DNA from: an uncultured virus (IMG/VR IMGVR_UViG_3300028629_000006)
Taxonomy: Duplodnaviria; Heunggongvirae; Uroviricota; Caudoviricetes
IMG/VR virus record: IMGVR_UViG_3300028629_000006
DNA: 20,000 bases
Reading direction: 5' to 3' (one strand)
The notes under the pieces were generated by a model. The model did no database searches and was not told the origin of the DNA. It saw only the letters and a program-made list of their open reading frames with translations. Each line of letters starts with the position of its first letter. Positions within the stretch are counted from its first letter, which is position 1. Below, piece by piece: positions 8,713-16,008 of the stretch. The translations under genes and the position numbers were made by a program.

Positions 8713-8833
8713 GTCTTATGAATAGAGAGAGAAAGAGAGAGAAGAATTACTTCTTACCTTATTGCCTACCCCCACACATGCGCACCCATGTTTACGCGGG
8801 CGCGCGAGACAGGGGTGTCAATAAGTCAAAAAG
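8605..8833. repeat. Cluster of about 10 direct and inverted 9-10 bp repeats (consensus GTCAAKAAG) with an AG-rich tract; candidate replication origin
   Basis: Copies at about 8605, 8617, 8641, 8650, 8662, 8682, 8749, 8758, 8817 and 8825. GGTCAAGAAG (8617) and CTTCTTGACC (8641) are perfect inverses. The region is locally AT-rich. Confidence 0.65.
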
Positions 8834-8837
8834 CAAC

Positions 8838-8887
8838 GGTTCCTCCCGGGCCCCCGGGCGAAACCACGCGCGGCGGAACCGTCGCGC
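8838..8887 (+). other. Candidate lambda-like cos site (cosQ-like plus cosN-like)
   Basis: GGTTCCT (lambda cosQ is GGGTCCT), 26 nt, then ACGCG|CGGCGGAACCGT|CGCGC (lambda cosN is TTACG|GGGCGGCGACCT|CGCGG). Confidence 0.5.
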
Positions 8888-9046
8888 TTCTGGACAGAGT
8901 TTGTTTGCCGGTGCCCGGTTTCCGCGCACAGGGCGCGCCCTGGCCGCCGGGGCGTGCCGGGAGCCGATCCGACCGGGATCTCGCCACGTGGGCCGCCCGT
9001 GCGCGCCCCGTGGCCAACCCTTGACCCAGAACGCGGAGGTGACGCC

Positions 9047-9328
9047 ATGAAACGGGATACTGCCAGCCGCATACGCACAAAGTGCACTGAGATCGCCGAG
9101 ATGCTGGCCGCGAAAAACAAGGCCTACGGCAACTCGGCGCTGGAGCCCGTGCGGGTCTTTGCCCAGGGAGATCCCGAAGACCTCATCCGGGTGCGGCTCG
9201 ACGACAAGCTCAGCCGCATCCGCAACAACCCCTCCGCGTTCGGCGAAGACCCCGTGCTGGACCTGGTCGGCTACCTGGTCCTGCTGCTCATAGCCCGCGA
9301 GGACAAGGCCGCGAAGGCGCGGCGGTAG
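9047..9328 (+). CDS. DUF1599/Nmad1-like all-alpha nucleotide-modification-associated protein
   Basis: GGAGGT RBS. Pattern KNKAYGNS...IRVRLDDKLSRI...EDPVLDLVGYLVL. Confidence 0.7.
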   Translation: MKRDTASRIRTKCTEIAEMLAAKNKAYGNSALEPVRVFAQGDPEDLIRVRLDDKLSRIRNNPSAFGEDPVLDLVGYLVLLLIAREDKAAKARR

Positions 9329-9338
9329 GAGGCGAACC

Positions 9339-10667
9339 GTGAAGATCGAGATGCGCAGGCTGTCCGAGATCAAGCCCTACGAGAAGAACCCGCGGGTGAA
9401 CGACGGCGCGGTGGACGCCGTGGCCAACTCCATCCGCGAGTATGGCTTCCGCCAGCCCATCGTGGTGGACGCCGAGGGCGTCATCATCGTCGGCCACACC
9501 CGCTGGAAGGCGGCGCAGAAGCTCGGGCTGGAGACGGTGCCGGTCCACGTGGCAGTCGACCTGCCGCCGGAGAAGGTCAAGGCCTACCGCCTGGCCGACA
9601 ACAAGCTGGCCGAGATGGCCGAGTGGGACATGGAACTCCTGCCCATCGAGCTTTCGGAGCTGCGGGGCATGGACATCGACCTGGGCATGCTTGGGTTCGC
9701 GCCGGATGAGCTGGAGAAGCTGCTGGGCGCCGGCATCCACGGCAACGAGGGGCTCACCGACCCGGACGCGGTGCCAGATCCGCCGGACGCGGCGGTGACT
9801 CAGCCGGGCGACCTGTGGGTGCTGGGCGACCACCGGCTGCTCTGCGGCGACTCGAGCAAGGCCGAAGACGTGGACCGGCTGCTGGGCGGGGCCCGCATCC
9901 ACCTGGTGAACACCGACCCGCCGTACAACGTGATGGTCGAGCCGCGGTCGAACAACGCCATCGCCGCTGGCCTGAGTTCCTTCGCCGGCTACGGCAACAC
10001 CGACCCCGGCCGGGACGTCCACCGGAACCCCAATGCGGCCAACCCCACGCATGCCAAGATGCGGGCCAAGGACCGGCCGCTCGAGAACGACTTCGTGTCG
10101 GACGAGGAGTTCGCTCGGCTGCTCCACGCCTGGTTCGGGAACGTCCAGCGGGTGCTGGAGCCGGGCCGGGGCTTCTACATCTGGGGCGGCTACTCGAACA
10201 TCTCGAACTACCCGCCGGTGCTCAAGGCATGCGAGCTGTACTTCTCGCAGATGGTGATCTGGGTGAAGGAGCACCCGGTGCTGACCCGCAAGGATTTCAT
10301 GGGGAACCACGAGTGGTGCTTCTACGGCTGGCGGGAGGGGGCCGGGCACCAGTTCTTCGGGCCGAACAACATCCCGGACGTGTGGTCAGTGAAGAAGGTC
10401 AACCCGCAGTCGATGGTTCACTTGACCGAGAAGCCCGTGGAGCTGGCGGTCCGCGCCCTGCAGTACTCCTCGCAGCCGGGCGAGAACGTCCTCGACCTCT
10501 TCGGCGGCTCGGGCAGCACGCTCATCGCGGCCGAGAAGACCGGGCGCCACGCCTACCTCATGGAGATCGACGAGCTCTACTGCGACGTGATCGTCCGCAG
10601 GTGGGAGGAGTTCACCGGGAAGAAGGCCGAGCGCGTCTCGGTCGCGGGGGTGGTCCATGCGCAATAG
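9339..10667 (+). CDS. ParB/Srx N-terminal domain fused to an N6A/N4C DNA methyltransferase (beta class)
   Basis: IKPYEKNPR...YGFRQPIVVD...IIVGHTRWKAA...LADNK. Catalytic motif TDPPYN precedes the SAM-binding motif VLDLFGGSGST. Confidence 0.93.
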   Translation: MKIEMRRLSEIKPYEKNPRVNDGAVDAVANSIREYGFRQPIVVDAEGVIIVGHTRWKAAQKLGLETVPVHVAVDLPPEKVKAYRLADNKLAEMAEWDMELLPIELSELRGMDIDLGMLGFAPDELEKLLGAGIHGNEGLTDPDAVPDPPDAAVTQPGDLWVLGDHRLLCGDSSKAEDVDRLLGGARIHLVNTDPPYNVMVEPRSNNAIAAGLSSFAGYGNTDPGRDVHRNPNAANPTHAKMRAKDRPLENDFVSDEEFARLLHAWFGNVQRVLEPGRGFYIWGGYSNISNYPPVLKACELYFSQMVIWVKEHPVLTRKDFMGNHEWCFYGWREGAGHQFFGPNNIPDVWSVKKVNPQSMVHLTEKPVELAVRALQYSSQPGENVLDLFGGSGSTLIAAEKTGRHAYLMEIDELYCDVIVRRWEEFTGKKAERVSVAGVVHAQ

Positions 10668-10929
10668 ACGCCTGATGTGCCGGAACTGCGGCTTGCGCCT
10701 GGCCGAGGGGGTCAGGATGGTCCGCGGCGGGTTCTGCTCACACTCTTGCCGGCTGGCATACATCCCCGACATCACGCCGGCCCAGGCCGCCGGCATCAAC
10801 GCGGCCGACGAGCGTGCCCACCGCGAGCCGCTGTCGCTTCACGAGGAGCCCTACGGGGAGCAGTTGGCGGTTGGGTTCGCGATGATGGCCGGCCTGGACC
10901 CATGGGACGAGGACGAGCAGGTGGCCTGA
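10657..10929 (+). CDS. Small putative zinc-finger protein (CxxC...FCSxxC)
   Basis: Overlaps the MTase stop. CRNC and FCSHSC motifs, acidic C-terminus. Confidence 0.65.
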   Translation: MRNRRLMCRNCGLRLAEGVRMVRGGFCSHSCRLAYIPDITPAQAAGINAADERAHREPLSLHEEPYGEQLAVGFAMMAGLDPWDEDEQVA

Positions 10930-10931
10930 AC

Positions 10932-10967
10932 GACCGAACCCCGGCGGGCTCGCCGGGGCGTTCGGTC
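10932..10967. terminator. GC-rich hairpin between convergent genes, probable terminator
   Basis: GACCGAACCCCGGCG-ggct-CGCCGGGGCGTTCGGTC. No clear U-tract. Confidence 0.55.
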
Positions 10968-10984
10968 TGAGGAGATGCTGGATG

Positions 10985-11320
10985 CTACTTGGTGACCGTG
11001 AACTTCCCGCGCTCGACGACCTTGAACCGGGCCTCGGCGCCCTTGGCCTTGATTTCCCGGAACATGGCCGAGTAGATGGTCGCCGCCGGGGTCTTGCCCT
11101 CGGTCTGCCAGAGCCCCTTGGCCAGCATCGCCTCGACGATGGTCTTGGCGTTCATGGGCTCCTTGGCCTCGGCCAGCACCTTGGCCGCCGCATCGAGGCC
11201 GGACATCCGACCGTCGCCGGCCGGCTTCGCCGTGGCCGGCGCAGCCGCCGCCTCCGGCTTCTCGGGCTTGGCCTTCTTGCTGTGGCCCTTGGTCTTGGGG
11301 TGCTTCTTGCTGCTCGACAT
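10985..11320 (-). CDS. Stand-alone HARE-HTH-like winged-helix protein with a Lys/Ala/Pro-rich N-terminus
   Basis: [44 protein letters not shown]...[16 protein letters not shown]...RF...GKF. Confidence 0.8.
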   Translation of the reverse strand: MSSSKKHPKTKGHSKKAKPEKPEAAAAPATAKPAGDGRMSGLDAAAKVLAEAKEPMNAKTIVEAMLAKGLWQTEGKTPAATIYSAMFREIKAKGAEARFKVVERGKFTVTK

Positions 11321-11380
11321 GGTACTTCTCCTTTCGGTTCCATCCACGGCGACAGGCCGTGGTTCAATCCGTGTGATTCC

Positions 11381-11680
11381 CTAGACCGCTGTGAACCCGG
11401 CGATGAAGAACTCGCCGCGGGTCTTGGGCTCGCCCAGGGTAGCCGCGAAGGCGCGCGCCTCGGCGGGCGAGAGGAACGGCCGGCTCAAGGAGTAGCCCCC
11501 GAACGCGGCCTGGGTGTCGTCGCAAACCAGGCAGGCGCCCTGGCGGTCCAGGACCAGGACCCAGCCCATGCCGTCTGCGAAGGCGCCCTCGGCGATGAGC
11601 GGGTTGGCCCCCATCTCGCGCCAAGCCTCGGCGCCGCCGAAGGCGTCGAAGTCGTGGCGGGTGAACTCGCGCAGTTCCAT
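11381..11680 (-). CDS. Hypothetical protein (99 aa)
   Basis: GAGGAG RBS within the end of the preceding gene, GC3 bias on the minus strand. Confidence 0.75.
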   Translation of the reverse strand: MELREFTRHDFDAFGGAEAWREMGANPLIAEGAFADGMGWVLVLDRQGACLVCDDTQAAFGGYSLSRPFLSPAEARAFAATLGEPKTRGEFFIAGFTAV

Positions 11681-11686
11681 GTTCCA

Positions 11687-12217
11687 TTACTCCTCGAAGA
11701 CCAGCGAGGCCATGCAGCGGGTGCAGAGGTCCATCGTCACGCCGTCGCCCCAGGTGACGCGCCAGAGGTGCACGTTCGCATGCTCGGCGTGGAGGCTGCA
11801 GGTGCCGCGCTCGTGGAGCGGCTGGGCCTCGACGCCGGCCATCGGCTCGCCCTTGGCGCGCTCGGCGGCGTCGCGGCGGCCGAGGGCCGTCTTGACCCTC
11901 TCGCAGGCGGCTACGCACCGGGCCCGGTAGCGGTCGCCGTCGGCCAGCTGGTTCGCCGCGCCGTAGGCGGCCAGGAGCAGTTCGTCGGCGACCTCGGCCA
12001 GCTCGCTGTGGTCATCGTTCACCGGGACGGTCATGGTCAGGCCGCCCTTCTTGCAGAGGTAGGCGAACGGGATGCCGGCCTCGGCCATCCGGTCGGCGTC
12101 GGTCTTGGCGACCTCGACGCGCCGGCCCTGCAGCAAGATGGTCACGCGGCCGGGTGCGGAGGCCGCCTTGCCGGCGGCCTCCGTCGCGGTCTGGTGTTCG
12201 GCGTTGCGCTTCTTCAT
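11687..12217 (-). CDS. Hypothetical protein (176 aa) with C-terminal Cys/His residues
   Basis: GAAGGAG RBS and codon bias. CSLH...CTRC near the C-terminus. Confidence 0.75.
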   Translation of the reverse strand: MKKRNAEHQTATEAAGKAASAPGRVTILLQGRRVEVAKTDADRMAEAGIPFAYLCKKGGLTMTVPVNDDHSELAEVADELLLAAYGAANQLADGDRYRARCVAACERVKTALGRRDAAERAKGEPMAGVEAQPLHERGTCSLHAEHANVHLWRVTWGDGVTMDLCTRCMASLVFEE

Positions 12218-12229
12218 GGTTGGTCTCCT

Positions 12230-12607
12230 TCAGGGCTTGGCCGGGGTGGTGTCTTCAAAGCCGCACTCCACGAGGAGCGCGCAGAAGCCGGCCGGGTCCA
12301 TCTTGTCCGCGGCGACCTTGGGCAGCCGGGCCAGCCGGCTGAGCAGCCGCTTGAATTCCGGGCGGCCGAGGGCCGCGAAGCTGTCGGAGAAGGCCTCCAG
12401 CCTCGCGACGCCGTCTTCGTTGCCGATGAGCCAATGCCAGCTCATGCACATCTCGCCGGAGCAACCGCCGTCGGCGAAGTAGAGCCCGAAGGTCACCTGG
12501 TCGACGATGCCTTCCTTCCGGAGGTGCGGAAGGTTGGCGTCGGCGTACCAGGCCCGTTTCAGGTGGATGAAGCGGGGAATGGCCTGCTGGTTGGTGGTGG
12601 TCTTCAT
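12230..12607 (-). CDS. Hypothetical protein (125 aa)
   Basis: GAAAGG RBS, codon bias, tight packing in the operon. Confidence 0.78.
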   Translation of the reverse strand: MKTTTNQQAIPRFIHLKRAWYADANLPHLRKEGIVDQVTFGLYFADGGCSGEMCMSWHWLIGNEDGVARLEAFSDSFAALGRPEFKRLLSRLARLPKVAADKMDPAGFCALLVECGFEDTTPAKP

Positions 12608-12619
12608 GGGTGGTGCCTT

Positions 12620-12868
12620 TCAGTTCCGGAGGTCGGCCAGCGCTTCGGCGATGGCTATGTCGTTGTTGCCGGAGAGGAAGGTCAGGGCGTCGACCAGGCG
12701 CATCCTGACCTCGGTCAGGTCCCCGACCAGAGCCCAGCTCGCCGGGGCGGCCTTGGCCTTCTCCTCGTGGACCTCCAGCTCGTCCTGGAGCCAGCCCAGC
12801 AGGGCGCCGATGTCCTGCGCCCGGTCTTCGTAGGTCTGCGCCGCGGTCTTCTTGGTCTTGGTAGCCAT
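12620..12868 (-). CDS. Hypothetical helical protein (82 aa)
   Basis: GAAAGGA RBS and codon bias. Confidence 0.78.
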   Translation of the reverse strand: MATKTKKTAAQTYEDRAQDIGALLGWLQDELEVHEEKAKAAPASWALVGDLTEVRMRLVDALTFLSGNNDIAIAEALADLRN

Positions 12869-12889
12869 GGTCGGTTCCTTTCCGTTCCG

Positions 12890-13168
12890 TCAGCCGAGGT
12901 CGAAGAGCCGGTTGTAGAGGCGGCAGGGCACCTGGTCGCGCACGATGGTGTCGAGGCGCTGGACCCGGTCCCGGGCAATCTCGTAGTCGCCGTTCTTGAC
13001 CGCCTCGGCGACCTTGCGCAGGTCGGCGGCGTCCTTGGCGTGAACCCGGGCCATCTCGGCGTCGCCTTCGGCGGCCCATTCCTGGCCCTGGCGCTCCCAG
13101 CGGGCGATGGCCTGGGCCAGGCGTTCCAGGTCGCGGCGTTCGTTTCTCTTGGCGGTCTTGGCGTCCAT
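12890..13168 (-). CDS. Hypothetical helical protein (92 aa), first gene of the antisense cassette
   Basis: GGAGGAG RBS before ATG 13168 (MDAKTAKRN...). The longer 13288 start overlaps the promoter. Confidence 0.75.
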   Translation of the reverse strand: MDAKTAKRNERRDLERLAQAIARWERQGQEWAAEGDAEMARVHAKDAADLRKVAEAVKNGDYEIARDRVQRLDTIVRDQVPCRLYNRLFDLG

Positions 13169-13226
13169 CTTTCTCCTCCGTTCCTTTCCGGCGCTCAATG
13201 CGCTCTTGGTATTGCCTTCTACACAC

Positions 13227-13255
13227 ACAGTGCCATGTTTCGGTCGAAACATCAA
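13227..13255 (-). promoter_or_regulatory. Candidate sigma70-type promoter of the antisense cassette with an embedded palindromic operator
   Basis: Minus strand TTGATG-17 nt-CACTGT. Perfect inverted repeat ATGTTTCG-gt-CGAAACAT at 13235-13252. Confidence 0.5.
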
Positions 13256-13286
13256 GTCAATTCGCCAGTAATCGGGGGGATTCGGC

Positions 13287-13499
13287 ATGTCCGCAACCGG
13301 CCATAATGCGGCGCTTACGCCTAGTCATTTGGCCATTTCCGACCTTCTGGCGGTGCTTCGGAAGGCCGGTTCGCGGCACGTTTCCGAGGATGCGCTGCGG
13401 CGGGATATCGCGGCCGGCGCGCCGGTCAACCCCGACGGCACGGTGAACCTCCTGCACTACGCGGCCTGGCTTGCGAAGGAGGCCGGCCGTGGCGATTGA
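13287..13499 (+). CDS. Small putative winged-helix protein, probable terminase small-subunit-like DNA-binding protein
   Basis: Overlaps the terminase start. GAPVNPDGTVNLLHYAAWL recalls the gpNu1 wing-helix segment. Confidence 0.6.
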   Translation: MSATGHNAALTPSHLAISDLLAVLRKAGSRHVSEDALRRDIAAGAPVNPDGTVNLLHYAAWLAKEAGRGD

Positions 13500-15759
13500 C
13501 CCCCGGCAACTTAAGCCCGGCGACCTGGCGCGGCTCCTCAATTCCACGCCGCTCGGGGCGGTGATCGAGGAGCGGCAGCTCCACCGACACCGGACCCGCG
13601 CCGGCTTCCGGATCGGCGACGGCCGGCGGGTGGACCTCTTCAAGTACGTGGCCTGGCTGGCCGACGAGCGGCACAAGCCGAGGCCGGTGAAAGATCCCGC
13701 GGCCGAGTACGAGGCTATGAAGGAGGCCCAGGCGGCGCGGAACCGGGTGAAGGCCCTGGCCGGTCGGGACATCGGCGAGCTGCCAGCGGTTGGCGACCCG
13801 GAACGGCGGGCCCGGGCCGAGCGGGAGTTCCGGTTCTTCTGCGAGACCTACTTCCCGCTCACGTTCCACCTGCCCTGGTCGCCGGACCACCTGAAGGTGA
13901 TCGCCAAGGTGGAGGCGGCCGTCTTACACGGCGGGCTATTCGCGATGGCCCTCCCGCGCGGGTCGGGGAAGACGTCCATCACCGAGTGCGCCTGCCTCTG
14001 GGCGGTGCTCTGCGGGCACCGGGACTTCGTCTGCCTCATCGGAGCGTCCGAGGTCCATGCGGTCGAGATGCTCGAAAGCATCAAGATGGAGCTCGACGGC
14101 AACGACCTGCTCGCCTCGGACTTCCCGGAGGTGTCCCATCCCATTCGGTGCCTGGACGGGATCGCCAACCGGTGCTCCGGGCAACTCTACAAGGGCGAGC
14201 GGACACACATCGGCTGGACGGCGAACGAGGTGGTCCTGCCGACCATCCCGGACAGCCTGGCCAGCGGGGCGATCATCAAGGTCGCCGGGATCACCGGCCG
14301 CATCCGAGGCATGAAGTACAAGCGGGCCGACGGCAAGACGGTGCGGCCGTCCCTCGTGGTCTTGGACGACCCGCAGACTGACGAGTCGGCCCGGAGCCTG
14401 TCCCAGTGCGCCACGCGGGAGCGGATTCTGGCCGGGGCGGTGCTGGGCATGGCCGGGCCGGGGAAGAAGATCTCCGGGATCATGCCCTGCACCGTGATCC
14501 GCCCGGGCGACATGGCCGACAACATCCTCGACCGCGAGAAGCACCCGGAATGGAATGGCGAGAGGACCCGGATGGTCTACGGGTTCCCCACGGACGAGAA
14601 GCTATGGGCGAAGTACGCGGAAGTTCGCGCCGAATCCCTGCGCATGCATGGCGACATGCGGGAGGCGACGGCCTTCTACCTGGCCAACCGCGAGGCGCTC
14701 GACGAGGGCGCACAGATCGCCTGGCCGGAGCGGTTCAACCACGACGAGGCCTCGGCCGTCCAGCATGCGATGAACTTGAAGTTGCAGGACGAGGCGGCGT
14801 TCTTCGCCGAATACCAGAACGAGCCGCTGCCGGAGAAGGGCGTGGAGGACGAGGGGCTGCTCTCGGCCGACCAGATCGCCGGGAAGACGAACGGGATGCG
14901 GCGGGGCGAGCTGCCGGTGGGCGCCACGCAGCTGGCGATGTTCATCGACGTGCAGGGCAAGCTGCTCTTCTGGCTGGTCGCCGCCTTCGAGGAGGACTTC
15001 ACCGGGTACGTGATCGACTACGGCGCCTATCCGGACCAGCGCAGACCCTACTTCACGCTGCGGGACGCGCAACGGACGCTCGGCACCGTGGCCAAGGGCG
15101 CCGGTCTGGAGGGGGCGATCTACGCGGGGCTGGAGGCGCTAACCGGGCAGTACCTGGAGCGCGAGTGGCGGCGGGACGACGGGGCGATGGTCCGGATCGA
15201 CCGGTGTCTGATCGACGCCAACTGGGGCACCTCGACGGACGTGGTCTACCAGTTCTGTCGTCAGAGCCGGCACGCGGCGGTGCTGCTGCCCAGCCACGGG
15301 CGGTTCGTGGGGGCCTCGTCGATCCCGTTCAGCGAGTACAAGCGTAAGCGCGGCGACCGCGTCGGCCACAACTGGCGCATCCCGAACGTGCAGGGCCGCC
15401 GCGCCGTCCGGCACGTGGTCTTCGACTCGAACTACTGGAAGAGCTTCGTCCACGCGCGCCTGGCCGTGCCGATGGGCGACAAGGGCTGCCTGTCGCTCTT
15501 CGGCCGCGACCCGGAGGCGCACCGGCTTTTGGCCGAACACCTGACCGCGGAGTACCGGGTCAAGACCGAGGGCCGCGGGCGAGTGGTAGACGAGTGGAAG
15601 CTCCGGCCGGAGGCCGTCGAGAACCACTGGCTCGACTGCCTGGTGGGCTGCGCCGTGGCCGCGTCGGTCCAGGGCGCGGTCCTGCCCGGGACGGATGCCA
15701 GGGAGGCCGTCCGGCGCGCGCGGGTGAAGCTGTCGGACATTCAGCGGGGCAAGCGATGA
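13489..15759 (+). CDS. terL: Terminase large subunit with a GpA-type nuclease and an N-terminal wHTH-like extension
   Basis: AAGGAGG RBS and GTG start. Walker A LPRGSGKTS, Walker B VVLDDPQ, nuclease motifs FIDVQ, LIDANWG, NHWLDC. Confidence 0.9.
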   Translation: MAIDPRQLKPGDLARLLNSTPLGAVIEERQLHRHRTRAGFRIGDGRRVDLFKYVAWLADERHKPRPVKDPAAEYEAMKEAQAARNRVKALAGRDIGELPAVGDPERRARAEREFRFFCETYFPLTFHLPWSPDHLKVIAKVEAAVLHGGLFAMALPRGSGKTSITECACLWAVLCGHRDFVCLIGASEVHAVEMLESIKMELDGNDLLASDFPEVSHPIRCLDGIANRCSGQLYKGERTHIGWTANEVVLPTIPDSLASGAIIKVAGITGRIRGMKYKRADGKTVRPSLVVLDDPQTDESARSLSQCATRERILAGAVLGMAGPGKKISGIMPCTVIRPGDMADNILDREKHPEWNGERTRMVYGFPTDEKLWAKYAEVRAESLRMHGDMREATAFYLANREALDEGAQIAWPERFNHDEASAVQHAMNLKLQDEAAFFAEYQNEPLPEKGVEDEGLLSADQIAGKTNGMRRGELPVGATQLAMFIDVQGKLLFWLVAAFEEDFTGYVIDYGAYPDQRRPYFTLRDAQRTLGTVAKGAGLEGAIYAGLEALTGQYLEREWRRDDGAMVRIDRCLIDANWGTSTDVVYQFCRQSRHAAVLLPSHGRFVGASSIPFSEYKRKRGDRVGHNWRIPNVQGRRAVRHVVFDSNYWKSFVHARLAVPMGDKGCLSLFGRDPEAHRLLAEHLTAEYRVKTEGRGRVVDEWKLRPEAVENHWLDCLVGCAVAASVQGAVLPGTDAREAVRRARVKLSDIQRGKR

Positions 15760-15935
15760 TGGGCGAGCCCGTGGAGACCAAGAAGTCCGAGGAGAAGCGG
15801 GGGCTGGAGTGCCCGCGGTGCGGGTGCAGGCACTTCGAGGTCCTCTACACGAGGCCCGCGTCAGGCGGCAGGATTCGGCGCAGGCGTGAGTGCAGGTACT
15901 GCGGGCGACGGATCACGACTCACGAGGGGCTATAG
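15756..15935 (+). CDS. Stand-alone NrdR-N-like zinc-ribbon protein (59 aa)
   Basis: ATGA overlap with the terL stop. CPRCG...VLYTR...IRRRRECRYCGRRITTHE. Confidence 0.8.
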   Translation: MMGEPVETKKSEEKRGLECPRCGCRHFEVLYTRPASGGRIRRRRECRYCGRRITTHEGL

Positions 15936-16008
15936 ACTCCAACGGCGGAGGTCTGGCTAGTAGATTGCATGCAACGCTGCCTTCGACAACTCGTGGCCAC
16001 TACGCCAT

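Noticed and set aside
8605..8833. CRISPR array or transposon ends
   Set aside because: Repeats are only 9-10 bp, irregularly spaced and in both orientations. No cas or transposase gene is present.
8718..9050. 110-aa ORF after the primase
   Set aside because: No codon bias, Arg-rich low complexity, and it overlaps the repeat cluster and cos candidate.
9339..10667. Restriction-modification or ParABS partition system
   Set aside because: No restriction endonuclease or ParA nearby. This is an orphan phage ParB-MTase fusion.
10982..13306. 774-aa plus-strand ORF spanning the antisense cassette
   Set aside because: Mirror of six minus-strand genes that each have an RBS. Its composition is typical of antisense translation.
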